A stretch of DNA of 64,000 bases from Phycisphaerae bacterium. GTDB taxonomy: Bacteria; Planctomycetota; Phycisphaerae; SM23-33. The position numbers were made by a program, and so were the translations under genes. Numbering within the stretch: the first letter of the stretch is position 1; each line of letters starts with the position of its first letter. The stretch lies in NCBI GenBank assembly GCA_011050235.1, contig DRGC01000022.1:128827-192826 (forward strand). The letters are read 5' to 3'. Below, in pieces: positions 48,825 through 58,669 of this stretch. The notes under the pieces were generated by a model. The model ran no database searches. It was given only the letters and a program-made list of their open reading frames with translations, and was not told where the DNA came from.

Positions 48825-49714
48825 CGGCTGCCGCTCCAAAGCGGCGTCGCTTGCCGGCGTGGCTTGGCAGGACCATCCCCGCCGGGCCCCGGTCGGCGGC
48901 CGTGCGAAAGGTGCTGGAGACGCTCGATCTGGCCACCGTCTGCCGCAGCGCCAAGTGCCCCAACCGCGCCGAATGCTTCGCGGCGGGGACGGCCACCTTC
49001 ATGATCCTGGGCGATGCATGCACGCGCGACTGTGCGTTTTGCGGCATCGCGTCGGCCCCGCCCCAGCCGTTGCGCGCGAACGAGCCGGACGCCGTCGCCG
49101 CCGCGGCCGAGCAGTTGGCCCTCGCCCACGTTGTGATCACGTCGGTAACGAGGGACGACCTGCCGGACGGCGGCGCAGGCCATTTTGCGCGGACCATCCG
49201 TGCGGTGCGGGGGCGCACGCCCTCGGCCGCCATCGAGGTGCTGACACCCGATTTCGGCGGCGACGGCGAGGCCGTCGAGACGGTCCTATCGGCCGGCTGC
49301 GACGTGTTCAACCACAACGTCGAGACCGCACCGCGCCTCTACGATCGGGTCCGGCCTCAGGCGAACTATCAGCGGTCGCTGGCGGTTCTCGCCCGCGCCG
49401 ACACATGGCGCAGGCAGCGCCCGCCCGGCCGGCGGCCGATCACCAAGAGCGGGCTGATGCTGGGTCTGGGCGAGCGCGACGATGAGATCGAACAGGTCCT
49501 GCAAGATCTTCGCGGCGCCCGCTGCGATGTCGTCACGATGGGCCAATACCTTCGGCCGAGCGATGCCAACGTGCCGGTGGCGCGGTTCGTCCGGCCGGAG
49601 CGTTTCGCCGCGTGGCGCGAGACCGCTCTGGCGATGGGCTTTTCGGCCGTGGCGGCCGGGCCGTTCGTTCGCAGCAGTTACCGAGCGGGAACCCTCGCCG
49701 GCAGCGCCGGCTGA
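48821..49714 (+). CDS. lipA: Lipoyl synthase
   Basis: CX4CX5C, CX3CX2C, 'RSSY'. Confidence 0.96.
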   Translation: MTAAAPKRRRLPAWLGRTIPAGPRSAAVRKVLETLDLATVCRSAKCPNRAECFAAGTATFMILGDACTRDCAFCGIASAPPQPLRANEPDAVAAAAEQLALAHVVITSVTRDDLPDGGAGHFARTIRAVRGRTPSAAIEVLTPDFGGDGEAVETVLSAGCDVFNHNVETAPRLYDRVRPQANYQRSLAVLARADTWRRQRPPGRRPITKSGLMLGLGERDDEIEQVLQDLRGARCDVVTMGQYLRPSDANVPVARFVRPERFAAWRETALAMGFSAVAAGPFVRSSYRAGTLAGSAG

Positions 49715-49789
49715 GTCGCCGGATTCGCCGTTTTCTTGCGGGGCGGACCAGCTATAGTAGCCGCCTGAGAGGCCGCAACAGACGCCGCC

Positions 49790-50377
49790 ATGACAATCGC
49801 CAGACTTCTCGCAATCGCCGTCGCGCTGGGCATGGACGCAATGAGTGTATGCATGGCCGTCGGCGTGCGCTGGCACGGATGGCGTCAGAAGCTCCGCCTG
49901 GCCGTCAGCATGGGCGTGTGTCAGTTCGCCATGCCGCTTCTGGGATGGGTGATCGGCAGCAACCTGGCGGGGGTGTTGTGCGCGTGGGGGCGGTACATCG
50001 CGGGCGCGTGCGTGGTGGGCGTCGGCGTCAAGATGCTGCTGGAGGCGTGGCGTTCACATCCCGGGGCCGCCGCCCAGGCGATCGAGCACCACGTCGAGCG
50101 TGACCTGCACCTTCGGACGACCGACCCCACGAAGGGTTGGCCGCTGGCGCTGCTGGCGATCGCGACCAGTATCGACGCGCTGGTGGTGGGTTTCTCGATG
50201 GGCCTGAAGCAGACGAATATTTGGCATGCCAGCATGGTCATCGGCGTGGTGGCGGCGGTGATGGCCCTGGCGGGGGTGACGATCGGGCGACGGGTGGGCC
50301 AGGCGCTGGGTCGGCCGGCGGAGTTTCTGGGCGGGGCGGTGCTGGTCGCTCTGGGGGCGAGCTTCTTCTGGATGTAA
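49790..50377 (+). CDS. mntP: Manganese efflux pump MntP family
   Basis: 'ALGMDA', 'ATSIDA'; about 6 TM segments. Confidence 0.88.
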   Translation: MTIARLLAIAVALGMDAMSVCMAVGVRWHGWRQKLRLAVSMGVCQFAMPLLGWVIGSNLAGVLCAWGRYIAGACVVGVGVKMLLEAWRSHPGAAAQAIEHHVERDLHLRTTDPTKGWPLALLAIATSIDALVVGFSMGLKQTNIWHASMVIGVVAAVMALAGVTIGRRVGQALGRPAEFLGGAVLVALGASFFWM

Positions 50378-50412
50378 GACCGGCGGCGCGGGCGGCGGAG
50401 CGGAGAAGCGTT

Positions 50413-50997
50413 CTAAAAGTCCCCCAGCTTCGCCGTCGCTTTTGTTTCGATGGCGAGCAGGATTCGCTCGGCCAATTCCCGGTCCTCACCGAGCAGGACC
50501 ATGCTTCCCCCCTCATCCTCCTCCTCTCGATCGCCGCTGGTCCCTGAAGCCCGACCGAATGAGCCCTGATCGCCGGCCGTCCCGGTCGTGCGGGCCTCGA
50601 TCTGATCGGATCGCACACGCTGGATCCGGACGGCGGAGACATAGTCCGTGCCATCACTCCCCACGCGAGAAATCTGCACGTTGGCGATCAGGTAGACCTT
50701 CTGCAGCGACGCCTCCGCCACGTCGTAGGCCGAGGTGGCGTCGCGGCGCCAAAACTCAAAGAATTGCCTGGCCACCATCGGCTCGGTCCGGATCAGGCCT
50801 CGTCGGCGGTCCTGCAAGTCGATCTTGAACTGGTACCGGCGCAGCACCTCCAGGCCGGCCTGCCAGTGGGCCTCGAAGTGTCGCTGGGCCTCGGTGACCG
50901 GCTCGGTCGTGAGCACCGGTTTGGTGTACAGCACGGGCCCGCAGCCGACAAACGCCGCCGCCAGACAGATCGCGCCACTATGCCAATACCGTCTCAT
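50413..50997 (-). CDS. Putative lipoprotein
   Basis: 'AAAFVGC' lipobox-like signal. Confidence 0.65.
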   Translation of the reverse strand: MRRYWHSGAICLAAAFVGCGPVLYTKPVLTTEPVTEAQRHFEAHWQAGLEVLRRYQFKIDLQDRRRGLIRTEPMVARQFFEFWRRDATSAYDVAEASLQKVYLIANVQISRVGSDGTDYVSAVRIQRVRSDQIEARTTGTAGDQGSFGRASGTSGDREEEDEGGSMVLLGEDRELAERILLAIETKATAKLGDF

Positions 50998-51165
50998 TGT
51001 TCGTACTCGTCGATTCCGCGCTGTCGAGCCCGGCCCAGTATTATATCTCACCGCAACGCCGGCTGCGCATGCTGATTCCGCCGGAACGATCCGCTACAAT
51101 CGCCGACGACCGCCGCCCTCGCCGGGGCGATTGTCCCAACGCCGCTAAGCCAGAGGGCCCTTGCC

Positions 51166-51768
51166 GTGATGCACATTCGATTCGGCGTCTTCAAGGGGCG
51201 AAAGTTGCTCTCGCCGCCCAAGGCCGCCCAGACCCGGCCGATCACCGGACTGGCGAGCAAGTCGCTATTCAGCATGCTGCGCGGGCGGCTGGCCGAGGCG
51301 ACGGTGGCCGACCTGTATTGTGGGACAGGCACACTGGGGCTGGAGGCGCTGTCCAACGGGGCGGCGCGATGCATCTTCGCCGAGCGCGACCGCGCCGTGC
51401 TGACGCGCCTCCGCCACAACATCGCGACGCTCGGCGTCGAGGATCGCTGCACCGTCTGGCCTGGCGACGTGCGGAGAGGGCTGGCCGGCAGGCTGGCGGC
51501 GGTTGAGGGGGCGCTGGACGTGGTCTTCGTCGACCCCCCCTATGCGCACAGCCGCCGGTGGGATTGGCCGGTCCTGGCGAGGGAGCTGTTCGCCCCGCTG
51601 GCCGGGGCCCTGGCCGACGACGGCCTGGTGGTCCTGCGGACGGACACGCACGGCGAGCTGCCCGAGGATTTGGCCGGCCTGACCTGCTGCCGGCGGCGCG
51701 AGTTCGGCAACATGCTGCTGAGCTTCTGGGCCCGCCCCCAGCAACCGGAGGCGAGCGAAACGCCATGA
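51166..51768 (+). CDS. rsmD: 16S rRNA m2G966 methyltransferase RsmD family
   Basis: 'TRP', 'DLYCGTGTLGLEALS', 'DPPY'. Confidence 0.9.
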   Translation: MMHIRFGVFKGRKLLSPPKAAQTRPITGLASKSLFSMLRGRLAEATVADLYCGTGTLGLEALSNGAARCIFAERDRAVLTRLRHNIATLGVEDRCTVWPGDVRRGLAGRLAAVEGALDVVFVDPPYAHSRRWDWPVLARELFAPLAGALADDGLVVLRTDTHGELPEDLAGLTCCRRREFGNMLLSFWARPQQPEASETP

Positions 51769-52667
51769 CGCACACCCCGTACCTCTATTTCGAGCCCGAC
51801 AAGGTCGCCCGCCTGCAGAACCTCAACCTGCTGGCGCGGCAGATGGTCGAGGGGTTCATCACCGGCCTGCATCGAAGCCGTCACCGCGGGTTCTCCGTCG
51901 AGTTCGCCGACCATCGGGCCTACACCCCCGGCGACGATCTGCGACACCTCGACTGGGTCTCCTGGGCGCGCACCGACCGGTACGTCATCAAGCAGTACGA
52001 ACAGCAGACCAACCTCAGCGCGCACATCCTGCTGGACGTCAGCCGCTCGATGGACTACCAACACGACGGCTCGGCGAGCAAGGCCGACTACGGGCGACTC
52101 CTGGCGGCGTGTCTGTGCTACCTGATGGCCCGCCAGCAGGACCTCGTCAGTCTGGTCGCGTTCGATCGGGAGGTGAAGTTCCGCACCGGGCTCGGTTCGA
52201 CGCCCGCCCATCTGGACCACATCTTCCGCCGGCTGGAGGCGCTTCGCCCGGGCGGGCAGACGGCCCTGGCGACGACCTGCCACGATCTCGCCCGGTCGAT
52301 CGCCAAGCGCGGGCTGATCGTGGTGATCTCCGACCTGTACGACGACCCCGCCGAGGTCATGGCCGCACTGCAGCACTTCGTGTTCAAGAAGCACCAGATC
52401 ATCGTCTTTCACGTGCTGGACCCGGCCGAGCTGAGCTTCCCATTCCGCCAGATGACGTCGTTCGTCGATCTGGAGACGCGCCGGCAGATTCAGGTGGACC
52501 CGCGGACGGTCAAGGACGCCTACCGCCAGGCCGTCGACGCGTTCATCGCCCGCTACCGCCGCGAGTGTTCCGACCGGCGGATCGAGTACGTGCTTGCGAC
52601 GACCGATACGCCCTACGACCGGATGCTGCTGAGCTACCTGAGCCGCCGAAAGGTCCTGCGACGATGA
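51765..52667 (+). CDS. DUF58 family protein
   Basis: 'GLHRSRHRGFSVEFADHRAYTPGDDLRHLDW', 'DVSRSM', 'ISD'. Confidence 0.92.
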   Translation: MTHTPYLYFEPDKVARLQNLNLLARQMVEGFITGLHRSRHRGFSVEFADHRAYTPGDDLRHLDWVSWARTDRYVIKQYEQQTNLSAHILLDVSRSMDYQHDGSASKADYGRLLAACLCYLMARQQDLVSLVAFDREVKFRTGLGSTPAHLDHIFRRLEALRPGGQTALATTCHDLARSIAKRGLIVVISDLYDDPAEVMAALQHFVFKKHQIIVFHVLDPAELSFPFRQMTSFVDLETRRQIQVDPRTVKDAYRQAVDAFIARYRRECSDRRIEYVLATTDTPYDRMLLSYLSRRKVLRR

Positions 52668-54910
52668 ATCCGGCAGCGGGTGATCTTCTGGCGCTGACGT
52701 TCGCAGCCCCGGCGATGCTGATCGGTCTGTTGGCTGCGGCGATTCCGGTGGTCCTGCACCTGCTGGCCAGTGTCCGCGCGCCGCAGGCGGCGTTTCCGAC
52801 GCTGCGGTTCCTGCAGACGGCGATGGAGCAAACGGCACGGCGGCGGCGCGTGCAGCATTGGCTTCTGCTGATCCTGCGGTCGCTGATGCTGGGGCTGTTG
52901 GCCCTGGCGGTGGCCGAGCCGATCAGCCAGGCCGTCGGCGGATGGGGCCGGGAGCATACGATCGCGATCGTGCTGGACAACAGCGCCTCGATGGCCGTTC
53001 AGACAGGCGGGACCAGCCGCTTCAGCCGGGCGCAGGCCCAGATCGCCAACCTGCTGGCCGGCGACGACAAGCCGACGCGCGTGGCGCTGCTGGCGACGAA
53101 CGGCCCGGCCGACCGAATCGGCCTGACGAACGACCTGGGGGCGGTGCGGGCCGAGCTGAACCGGATCACGGTTGTTCCCGCCCGTGCGCCGCTGGCCGAG
53201 CGGGTCCGCGAGGCGCTGTTGATGCTGCGCCAGGGGAGCGGGCGAAAGACGCTGTGCGTGCTGAGCGATCTGCAGCGGGTGAGCTTCGAGGATCTGCTCG
53301 CTCTGACGGCCCTGGGCGAAGCCGAGGATGTGTCGGTCGCCGTGGTGGATACGAGTGAGGGGCCGGTCCGAAACGTCGGCATCACCGACCTGACGGTGGC
53401 CGGGCCCGGCATCGTCGGCGGGGCGCTGCGCTGGACAGCTGAGCTGACAAATGCGTCGGCAACGGAGCAGGTTGTCCGCGCCCGCCTGGTTATCGAAGAC
53501 GTGCCGACCGGCCAGCCAGCGGTCCGGTCTCTCCGGCCCGCCGGCCAGAACGGCGACACGGCGACCGTGACGTTCACGTATCGGCCAGCGCAGCCGGGGA
53601 CGCTCGTCGGCGCTGTGGCGCTGGATGGGAGCGATGATCTGTCCGTCGACGATCGGCGACACGCGTGCGTGGATGTGGGCGAAGGCGTTCGGATCGCGGT
53701 CGTGCGCCCGGTGGCTGAGGGGGCAGGGCCGAAATGGCTTGAGCCGGCCGCGATGCTGCTGGCGGCGCTGGACCCCTTCGATCCTCCCGAGGCCGGACCC
53801 ATCACGCCCAAAGCGGTCGCCGCGGCGACATTCGACGCGGGCGATTGGGCGGGGGCCGGTGCGGTGTTCTTCTGCCAGGCGCCGCAGTTCACGCCCGCCC
53901 AGAGCCAAGCCGTAGCCGAGTTCGCCAGCGGTGGCGGGGTGGTGGTCTTTTTCCTGGGGCCCGGCATCTCAGCGGCCAACTACAACGAGCGTTTCATCGA
54001 CGAGATCTCCGCCGATGGTGGGCTGCTGCCGGCGAGGATCGGCCCGGCGGTCGGACAGGTCGGGCCTAACGCCCCCGCCGCAAGCAGCTCGTGGATCGAT
54101 GTGCAGCACGCCTACTTCGCCGGCCTCTATGACGCAACGACGCCTGTCCCGCCCGTTCGGGTCCAGCGGTACTACCGTCTGAGGCTGCAGCCGACGGGCG
54201 GGCGGATGCTGATCCAACTGGAAAACGGCGATCCGCTCCTGGTGATCAAGCCGTTCGGCGACGGCCGGGTGATCGTCTGCGCGGTCCCGGCCAGCCCGTC
54301 CTGGAGCAACCTGCCGACGTGGTCGGCGTTTCTGCCGATGGTGACGCGAATGAGTCTCCTGGCCGGCGCGGCGGCCCAGCGCGACCGCACGGTCGCCGTC
54401 GGCGCGGCGGTTTCGATTCGGCCGGACCTAAGCGGCCCGGGCGAAGCGTCGGCCGTTCGCATTTTTCCGCCCGGCGCTGAGGGCGACGAGGCGATCGATC
54501 TGCCGCTGACGGCGAGTGTGCGCGGGCCGACGGCGACATTCGAGCGGACATTTCGGGCGGGCGTCTATCGTTGGCGCGTGGCCGGCCCGCCGCGCGAGAG
54601 GCCCTGGCCGACGGGGGCGTTCGCGGTGGTTCCCGCCGGCAGCGAGAGCGACCTGTCGGCCTTTGGCCGCGATGAGCTGCGCGCACACCTGGCCGATCGC
54701 GAGGGGGGCGCAGCCGTTGGGCCGTCCCTGGCGGCGGCGCTGGGGGAGTTGGCCGCCCGGTCGCAGGAGCACCGGTGGTGGGACGTCGTCGTCGTTGTGG
54801 TGGCGGTGGCGCTGCTGGTGGAGGCGCTGGTGGCGAATCGATCGCGGCGGCCTGCCGGGACGGCTGGGGCGCGTCGGCAGAGGGATGCATTCCGGCCCGC
54901 CGGTGGGTAG
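52664..54910 (+). CDS. BatA-domain/vWA membrane protein
   Basis: 'AIPVVLHLL', 'FPTLRFL', MIDAS 'DNSASM', C-terminal TM. Confidence 0.88.
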   Translation: MNPAAGDLLALTFAAPAMLIGLLAAAIPVVLHLLASVRAPQAAFPTLRFLQTAMEQTARRRRVQHWLLLILRSLMLGLLALAVAEPISQAVGGWGREHTIAIVLDNSASMAVQTGGTSRFSRAQAQIANLLAGDDKPTRVALLATNGPADRIGLTNDLGAVRAELNRITVVPARAPLAERVREALLMLRQGSGRKTLCVLSDLQRVSFEDLLALTALGEAEDVSVAVVDTSEGPVRNVGITDLTVAGPGIVGGALRWTAELTNASATEQVVRARLVIEDVPTGQPAVRSLRPAGQNGDTATVTFTYRPAQPGTLVGAVALDGSDDLSVDDRRHACVDVGEGVRIAVVRPVAEGAGPKWLEPAAMLLAALDPFDPPEAGPITPKAVAAATFDAGDWAGAGAVFFCQAPQFTPAQSQAVAEFASGGGVVVFFLGPGISAANYNERFIDEISADGGLLPARIGPAVGQVGPNAPAASSSWIDVQHAYFAGLYDATTPVPPVRVQRYYRLRLQPTGGRMLIQLENGDPLLVIKPFGDGRVIVCAVPASPSWSNLPTWSAFLPMVTRMSLLAGAAAQRDRTVAVGAAVSIRPDLSGPGEASAVRIFPPGAEGDEAIDLPLTASVRGPTATFERTFRAGVYRWRVAGPPRERPWPTGAFAVVPAGSESDLSAFGRDELRAHLADREGGAAVGPSLAAALGELAARSQEHRWWDVVVVVVAVALLVEALVANRSRRPAGTAGARRQRDAFRPAGG

Positions 54911-54920
54911 AATCTCACCC

Positions 54921-56159
54921 ATGGCGCGCCCAGCAAGTGAACAGACCGCATTATGGGTTCTTCGAAAGCTCCGCGAGGGCGGCTACGAGGCGTTGTTCGC
55001 CGGCGGCTGCGTCCGCGATCAATTGTTGGGGGCCCCGTGTACGGACTACGACGTGGCCACCAATGCGTCGCCGAAGCAGGTGCGAGGGCTGTTTCGCCAC
55101 GTGTTAATGGTCGGGGCGAAGTTCGGTGTGGCGATGGTCGTTCACCGCGGTCAAGTGGTCGAGGTCGTGACCTTCCGCAGCGACGAGACCTACAGTGATG
55201 GCCGCCGGCCCGACCGGGTGACGTTCTCCACGGCCCGCGAAGACGCCCTGCGCCGCGATTTCACGATCAACGGCATGTTCTACGATCCAATCGCCAAGAA
55301 AGTGATCGACTACGTCGACGGCCAGGAGGATCTCCAGGCCCGCATCCTTCGGACGATCGGCTCGCCGGAGCAACGGTTCGACGAGGACTATCTTCGGCTG
55401 ATCCGGGCGGTCCGTTTCGCCGCCCGACTGGATTTCCGGATCGATCCGGCCACCGAAGCCGCCCTCGCCGCCAACGCCGACAAGATCGTGTCGATCAGCG
55501 GCGAACGGGTCTTTGACGAGCTTCGCAAGATGCTGTCGAACACATCGGCCGTGCGGTCCCTGGCGGACCTGCAGCGTTTCGGCCTGATGCAGCACATCGT
55601 GCCGGAACTGTTCGACGCCGACGACCACTGGCCGGCGGCGATGCAGCGCGCGGAGAAGATCGGCCACTATGCCGACTTCCTGCTGACGCTGGCGGCGCTT
55701 CTGCTGGAGCTGCCGAGCCGAGTCATCGGCAGAATCTGCCGCAGGTGGGGGGCATCGAACGAGACGCGCTTGGCGCTCCAGTGGATCGCCAAGCACGGGG
55801 GCGACTGGCAGGCGGCGCCGAACTGGCCTTTGTGCAAGATCAAGCGTCTGCTGGCTTACGGCCAGTTCGACCGGCTGTGCCTGTTGTGGCTGGCCATCGA
55901 GGAGCTCGATACGGGCCAGACGGACTATCATCAACTGCTTCGAAAGAAGATCGCGTCGATCGATCCGGACCAGATCGCCCCGCCGCCTCTTGTCAGCGGC
56001 GAAGACCTGCTGGGCTTGGGGCTTTCGGAGAGCCCGAAGCTCGGGCGCATTCTCAACAAACTCTACGACGCCCAGCTTAACGAAGAGTTGAAGAGCCGCC
56101 GAACCGCACTGGCCGAGGCGCGCCGCATGGTCACCGAAGCTGCCGCCCCCAACGCATAG
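54921..56159 (+). CDS. cca: tRNA nucleotidyltransferase (CCA-adding/PolyA_pol family)
   Basis: 'GGCVRD', 'DYDVAT', 'RRDFTING', 'EDYLRLIRAVRF', 'ER'. Confidence 0.88.
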   Translation: MARPASEQTALWVLRKLREGGYEALFAGGCVRDQLLGAPCTDYDVATNASPKQVRGLFRHVLMVGAKFGVAMVVHRGQVVEVVTFRSDETYSDGRRPDRVTFSTAREDALRRDFTINGMFYDPIAKKVIDYVDGQEDLQARILRTIGSPEQRFDEDYLRLIRAVRFAARLDFRIDPATEAALAANADKIVSISGERVFDELRKMLSNTSAVRSLADLQRFGLMQHIVPELFDADDHWPAAMQRAEKIGHYADFLLTLAALLLELPSRVIGRICRRWGASNETRLALQWIAKHGGDWQAAPNWPLCKIKRLLAYGQFDRLCLLWLAIEELDTGQTDYHQLLRKKIASIDPDQIAPPPLVSGEDLLGLGLSESPKLGRILNKLYDAQLNEELKSRRTALAEARRMVTEAAAPNA

Positions 56160-56204
56160 AAAACGCCCGCCCATCGGCGAGCCCGGTGGTGCTGAGCGTC
56201 TCGG

Positions 56205-57458
56205 TCAGCCCTGGAAACGTCTGATCACCAAACACCCGTTGTGCCCGCCAAAGCCGAAGCTGTTGGACAACACGACATCGATTTTCGCTTCCCGCGGGGT
56301 ATTGGGGATGTAGTCCAGGTCGCATCCCTCGTCGGGATTATCCAGGTTCAGCGTGGGAGGTACGATGCCACGCGTGATGGCCAGGGCCGAGGCGATCAGT
56401 TCGACCGCACCGGAGGCGCCCAGCATGTGGCCGGTGGAGCTCTTGGTGGATGACACGAGCAGCCCGTCATGGGCGTGATGGCCGAAGACGCGTTTGATGC
56501 CGCGTGTCTCGGCGATATCACCCAGTTGGGTGCTGGTCCCGTGGGCGTTGATGTAGTCGATGTCGTCGGTGTTGACGCCGGCATCCGTCAGGGCCCGGTT
56601 GACCGCAAGGATCGCGCCGTGGCCTTCGGGGTCGGGCGCCGTGATGTGGTAGGCATCACAACTGGCGCCGTAGCCGATCAACTCGGCGTAGATGTTCGCG
56701 CCGCGTTGGCGGGCGTGCTCCAATTCTTCCAGCACGATCACGCCGGCGCCTTCGGAGAGCAGGAACCCATCCCGATCCCTGTCCCACGGGCGGGAAGCGT
56801 GCTCCGGGTCGTCGTTGCGGGTGGAGAGGCTCCTGAGAGCGGCGAAGCTGCCCAGGCCCACTTTGGTCACGCCCACCTCGCTCCCGCCGGCGAGCATCAT
56901 GTCGCCTTCGCCGCGCTGAATAATCCGATAACACTCGCCGATGGAGTGGGCGGCGGATGCACAGGCGGTGACGACGCTGAAGTTCACGCCGCGCAGGCCC
57001 CAGAGCAGGGCAATGTTGCCGCTGGCGGCGTTGACCATCATCTTGGGGACGGTGTAGGGGCTGATCCGGCTGGGGCCCTTCTCCAGCATGCGAGCATGCT
57101 GTGTTTCGATCTCCAGCAGCCCGCCGATGCCGCTGCCGACCACAACGCCGCACCGGTCCGGATCGGCCTTGTTGAAGTCGAGCCCGGAATCGGCAACGGC
57201 CTCGATGGCCGAGACCACGGCATACTGGGCGAACAGGTCCATATGCCGCCAGTCCCGCTGATCGACCTGCTCGGGTTTGGCGGTCTTCCAGTTCTTCACC
57301 TCGCCGCCAATATGGCAGGTGAACTCGCTGGGGTCAAAGCGCGTAATCCGAGCGATGCCGCTACGACACGCCAACAGCGCATCCCAAAACTCCGGCACGC
57401 TGTTGGCGAGCGGGTTAACGGTTCCCAGACCCGTCAATACGACGCGACGATCAGCCAT
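56205..57458 (-). CDS. fabF: 3-oxoacyl-ACP synthase II
   Basis: 'TACAS', 'NAHGTST', 'GHMLGA', 'SFGFGGHN'. Confidence 0.97.
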   Translation of the reverse strand: MADRRVVLTGLGTVNPLANSVPEFWDALLACRSGIARITRFDPSEFTCHIGGEVKNWKTAKPEQVDQRDWRHMDLFAQYAVVSAIEAVADSGLDFNKADPDRCGVVVGSGIGGLLEIETQHARMLEKGPSRISPYTVPKMMVNAASGNIALLWGLRGVNFSVVTACASAAHSIGECYRIIQRGEGDMMLAGGSEVGVTKVGLGSFAALRSLSTRNDDPEHASRPWDRDRDGFLLSEGAGVIVLEELEHARQRGANIYAELIGYGASCDAYHITAPDPEGHGAILAVNRALTDAGVNTDDIDYINAHGTSTQLGDIAETRGIKRVFGHHAHDGLLVSSTKSSTGHMLGASGAVELIASALAITRGIVPPTLNLDNPDEGCDLDYIPNTPREAKIDVVLSNSFGFGGHNGCLVIRRFQG

Positions 57459-57479
57459 TGAGCACATTCCCGGCTGGAC

Positions 57480-57725
57480 TTAGGCCTTGCTGCCGTGTTC
57501 GCGGATGTAATCGATCGCCTGTCCGACGGTCTGGATCTTTTCAGCCTCCTCATCGGGGATGCTGAGCTCGAACTCGTCTTCAAACTCCATGACCAGTTCG
57601 ACCGTGTCCAGGGAATCGGCGTTCAGATCGTTCACAAAGGACGTCTCGCGAGTCACCTCGCCCTTGTCGACGCCCATCTGCTCGGCAACGATCTCAATGA
57701 CTTTCTCTTCGATGTTGTCGGCCAC
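57480..57725 (-). CDS. acpP: Acyl carrier protein
   Basis: '[14 protein letters not shown]'. Confidence 0.98.
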   Translation of the reverse strand: MADNIEEKVIEIVAEQMGVDKGEVTRETSFVNDLNADSLDTVELVMEFEDEFELSIPDEEAEKIQTVGQAIDYIREHGSKA

Positions 57726-57790
57726 GTCTGCAACCTCCTATCGCGCCTCGTTCGGCGCTAGGATAACATTCCCTTCGTAAACGGTGCGGT

Positions 57791-57820
57791 ACTATATCCG
57801 CACCAAACCGAACCACGCAA
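57791..57820 (-). promoter_or_regulatory. sigma70-type internal promoter for acpP-fabF
   Basis: TTGCGT-N18-TATAGT. Confidence 0.55.
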
Positions 57821-57867
57821 GTGCAACCTTTGCACCTACGGTCAAAAATCCTTTCCATGCCGCCCAG

Positions 57868-57910
57868 GGCGATATCAGCCCCGGCGATATCAGCCGCGGC
57901 GACATCGGCC
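57868..57910. repeat. Three 15-bp tandem quasi-palindromic units
   Basis: GGCGATATCAGCCcc / GGCGATATCAGCCgc / GGCGACATCGGCC. Confidence 0.8.
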
Positions 57911-58650
57911 TAGGTGTGCATGCCGCCGTCGACGCTGAGGACCTGCCCGGTCACGTAGGACGAGGCGTCCGAAGCCAGGAACACCACCGCACGGGCGATA
58001 TCCTCGGGCTGGCCCATCCGTTTCAGCGGAATCAGCGACAGGGCGATGTCCTTGGCCTGCTGCGGCATATTGTCGGTCATCTCGGTCTGGATGAAGCCCG
58101 GGGCCACCGCGTTGCAGCGTACGTTCTTGCTCGCCAATTCCTTGGCGGTCGTCTTGGTCAGCCCGATGAGCCCGGCCTTGGAGGCCGAGTAGTTCGCCTG
58201 CCCGCGATTGCCTTCCAGCCCGCTGTAACTGGCCATGTTCACGATTGAGCCGCCGCGCTGGCGAACCATATACTTGGCCACCGCCCGCGTGCCATAGAAC
58301 GCGCCGAACAGGTTGATCTTCAGCACCAGTTCCCAGTCGGCGTCGGCCATCCGCATCAGCAGCCCGTCGCGGGTGATGCCGGCGTTGTTCACCAGCACGT
58401 CAATTCGCTCGTATTTCTCAGCCACGTCGTCGACAAGCTTGGTAAAGCCTTCGCTTTCCGAGACATCCAGCACTCGGCAGTCCAGCTTCTCGCCGGGGTC
58501 GCCCAGCTTGCCCGGCAGTTCGCTCAGCAGGTCTTCTTTTAGGTCAACAGCCACGACCGTCATGCCCGCTTCCAGAAGTTGGCGGGTGATGACCAGGCCG
58601 ATGCCTCGGCCGGCGCCGGTGACGATCGCGATTTTCCCGTTCTCAGCCAT
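57910..58650 (-). CDS. fabG: 3-oxoacyl-ACP reductase
   Basis: TGAGRGIG, 'NNAGITRD', YSASK. Confidence 0.96.
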   Translation of the reverse strand: MAENGKIAIVTGAGRGIGLVITRQLLEAGMTVVAVDLKEDLLSELPGKLGDPGEKLDCRVLDVSESEGFTKLVDDVAEKYERIDVLVNNAGITRDGLLMRMADADWELVLKINLFGAFYGTRAVAKYMVRQRGGSIVNMASYSGLEGNRGQANYSASKAGLIGLTKTTAKELASKNVRCNAVAPGFIQTEMTDNMPQQAKDIALSLIPLKRMGQPEDIARAVVFLASDASSYVTGQVLSVDGGMHT

Positions 58651-58669
58651 GTCTGCTCCTGATTGTCTG

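Noticed and set aside
49715..49789. yybP-ykoY Mn riboswitch before mntP
   Set aside because: Only 75 nt of intergenic space and no recognisable motif.
54921..56159. Poly(A) polymerase (pcnB)
   Set aside because: Lacks the G(R/K)RF..hH signature (has GAKFGV). The CCA-less tRNA in this window fits a tRNA nucleotidyltransferase role.
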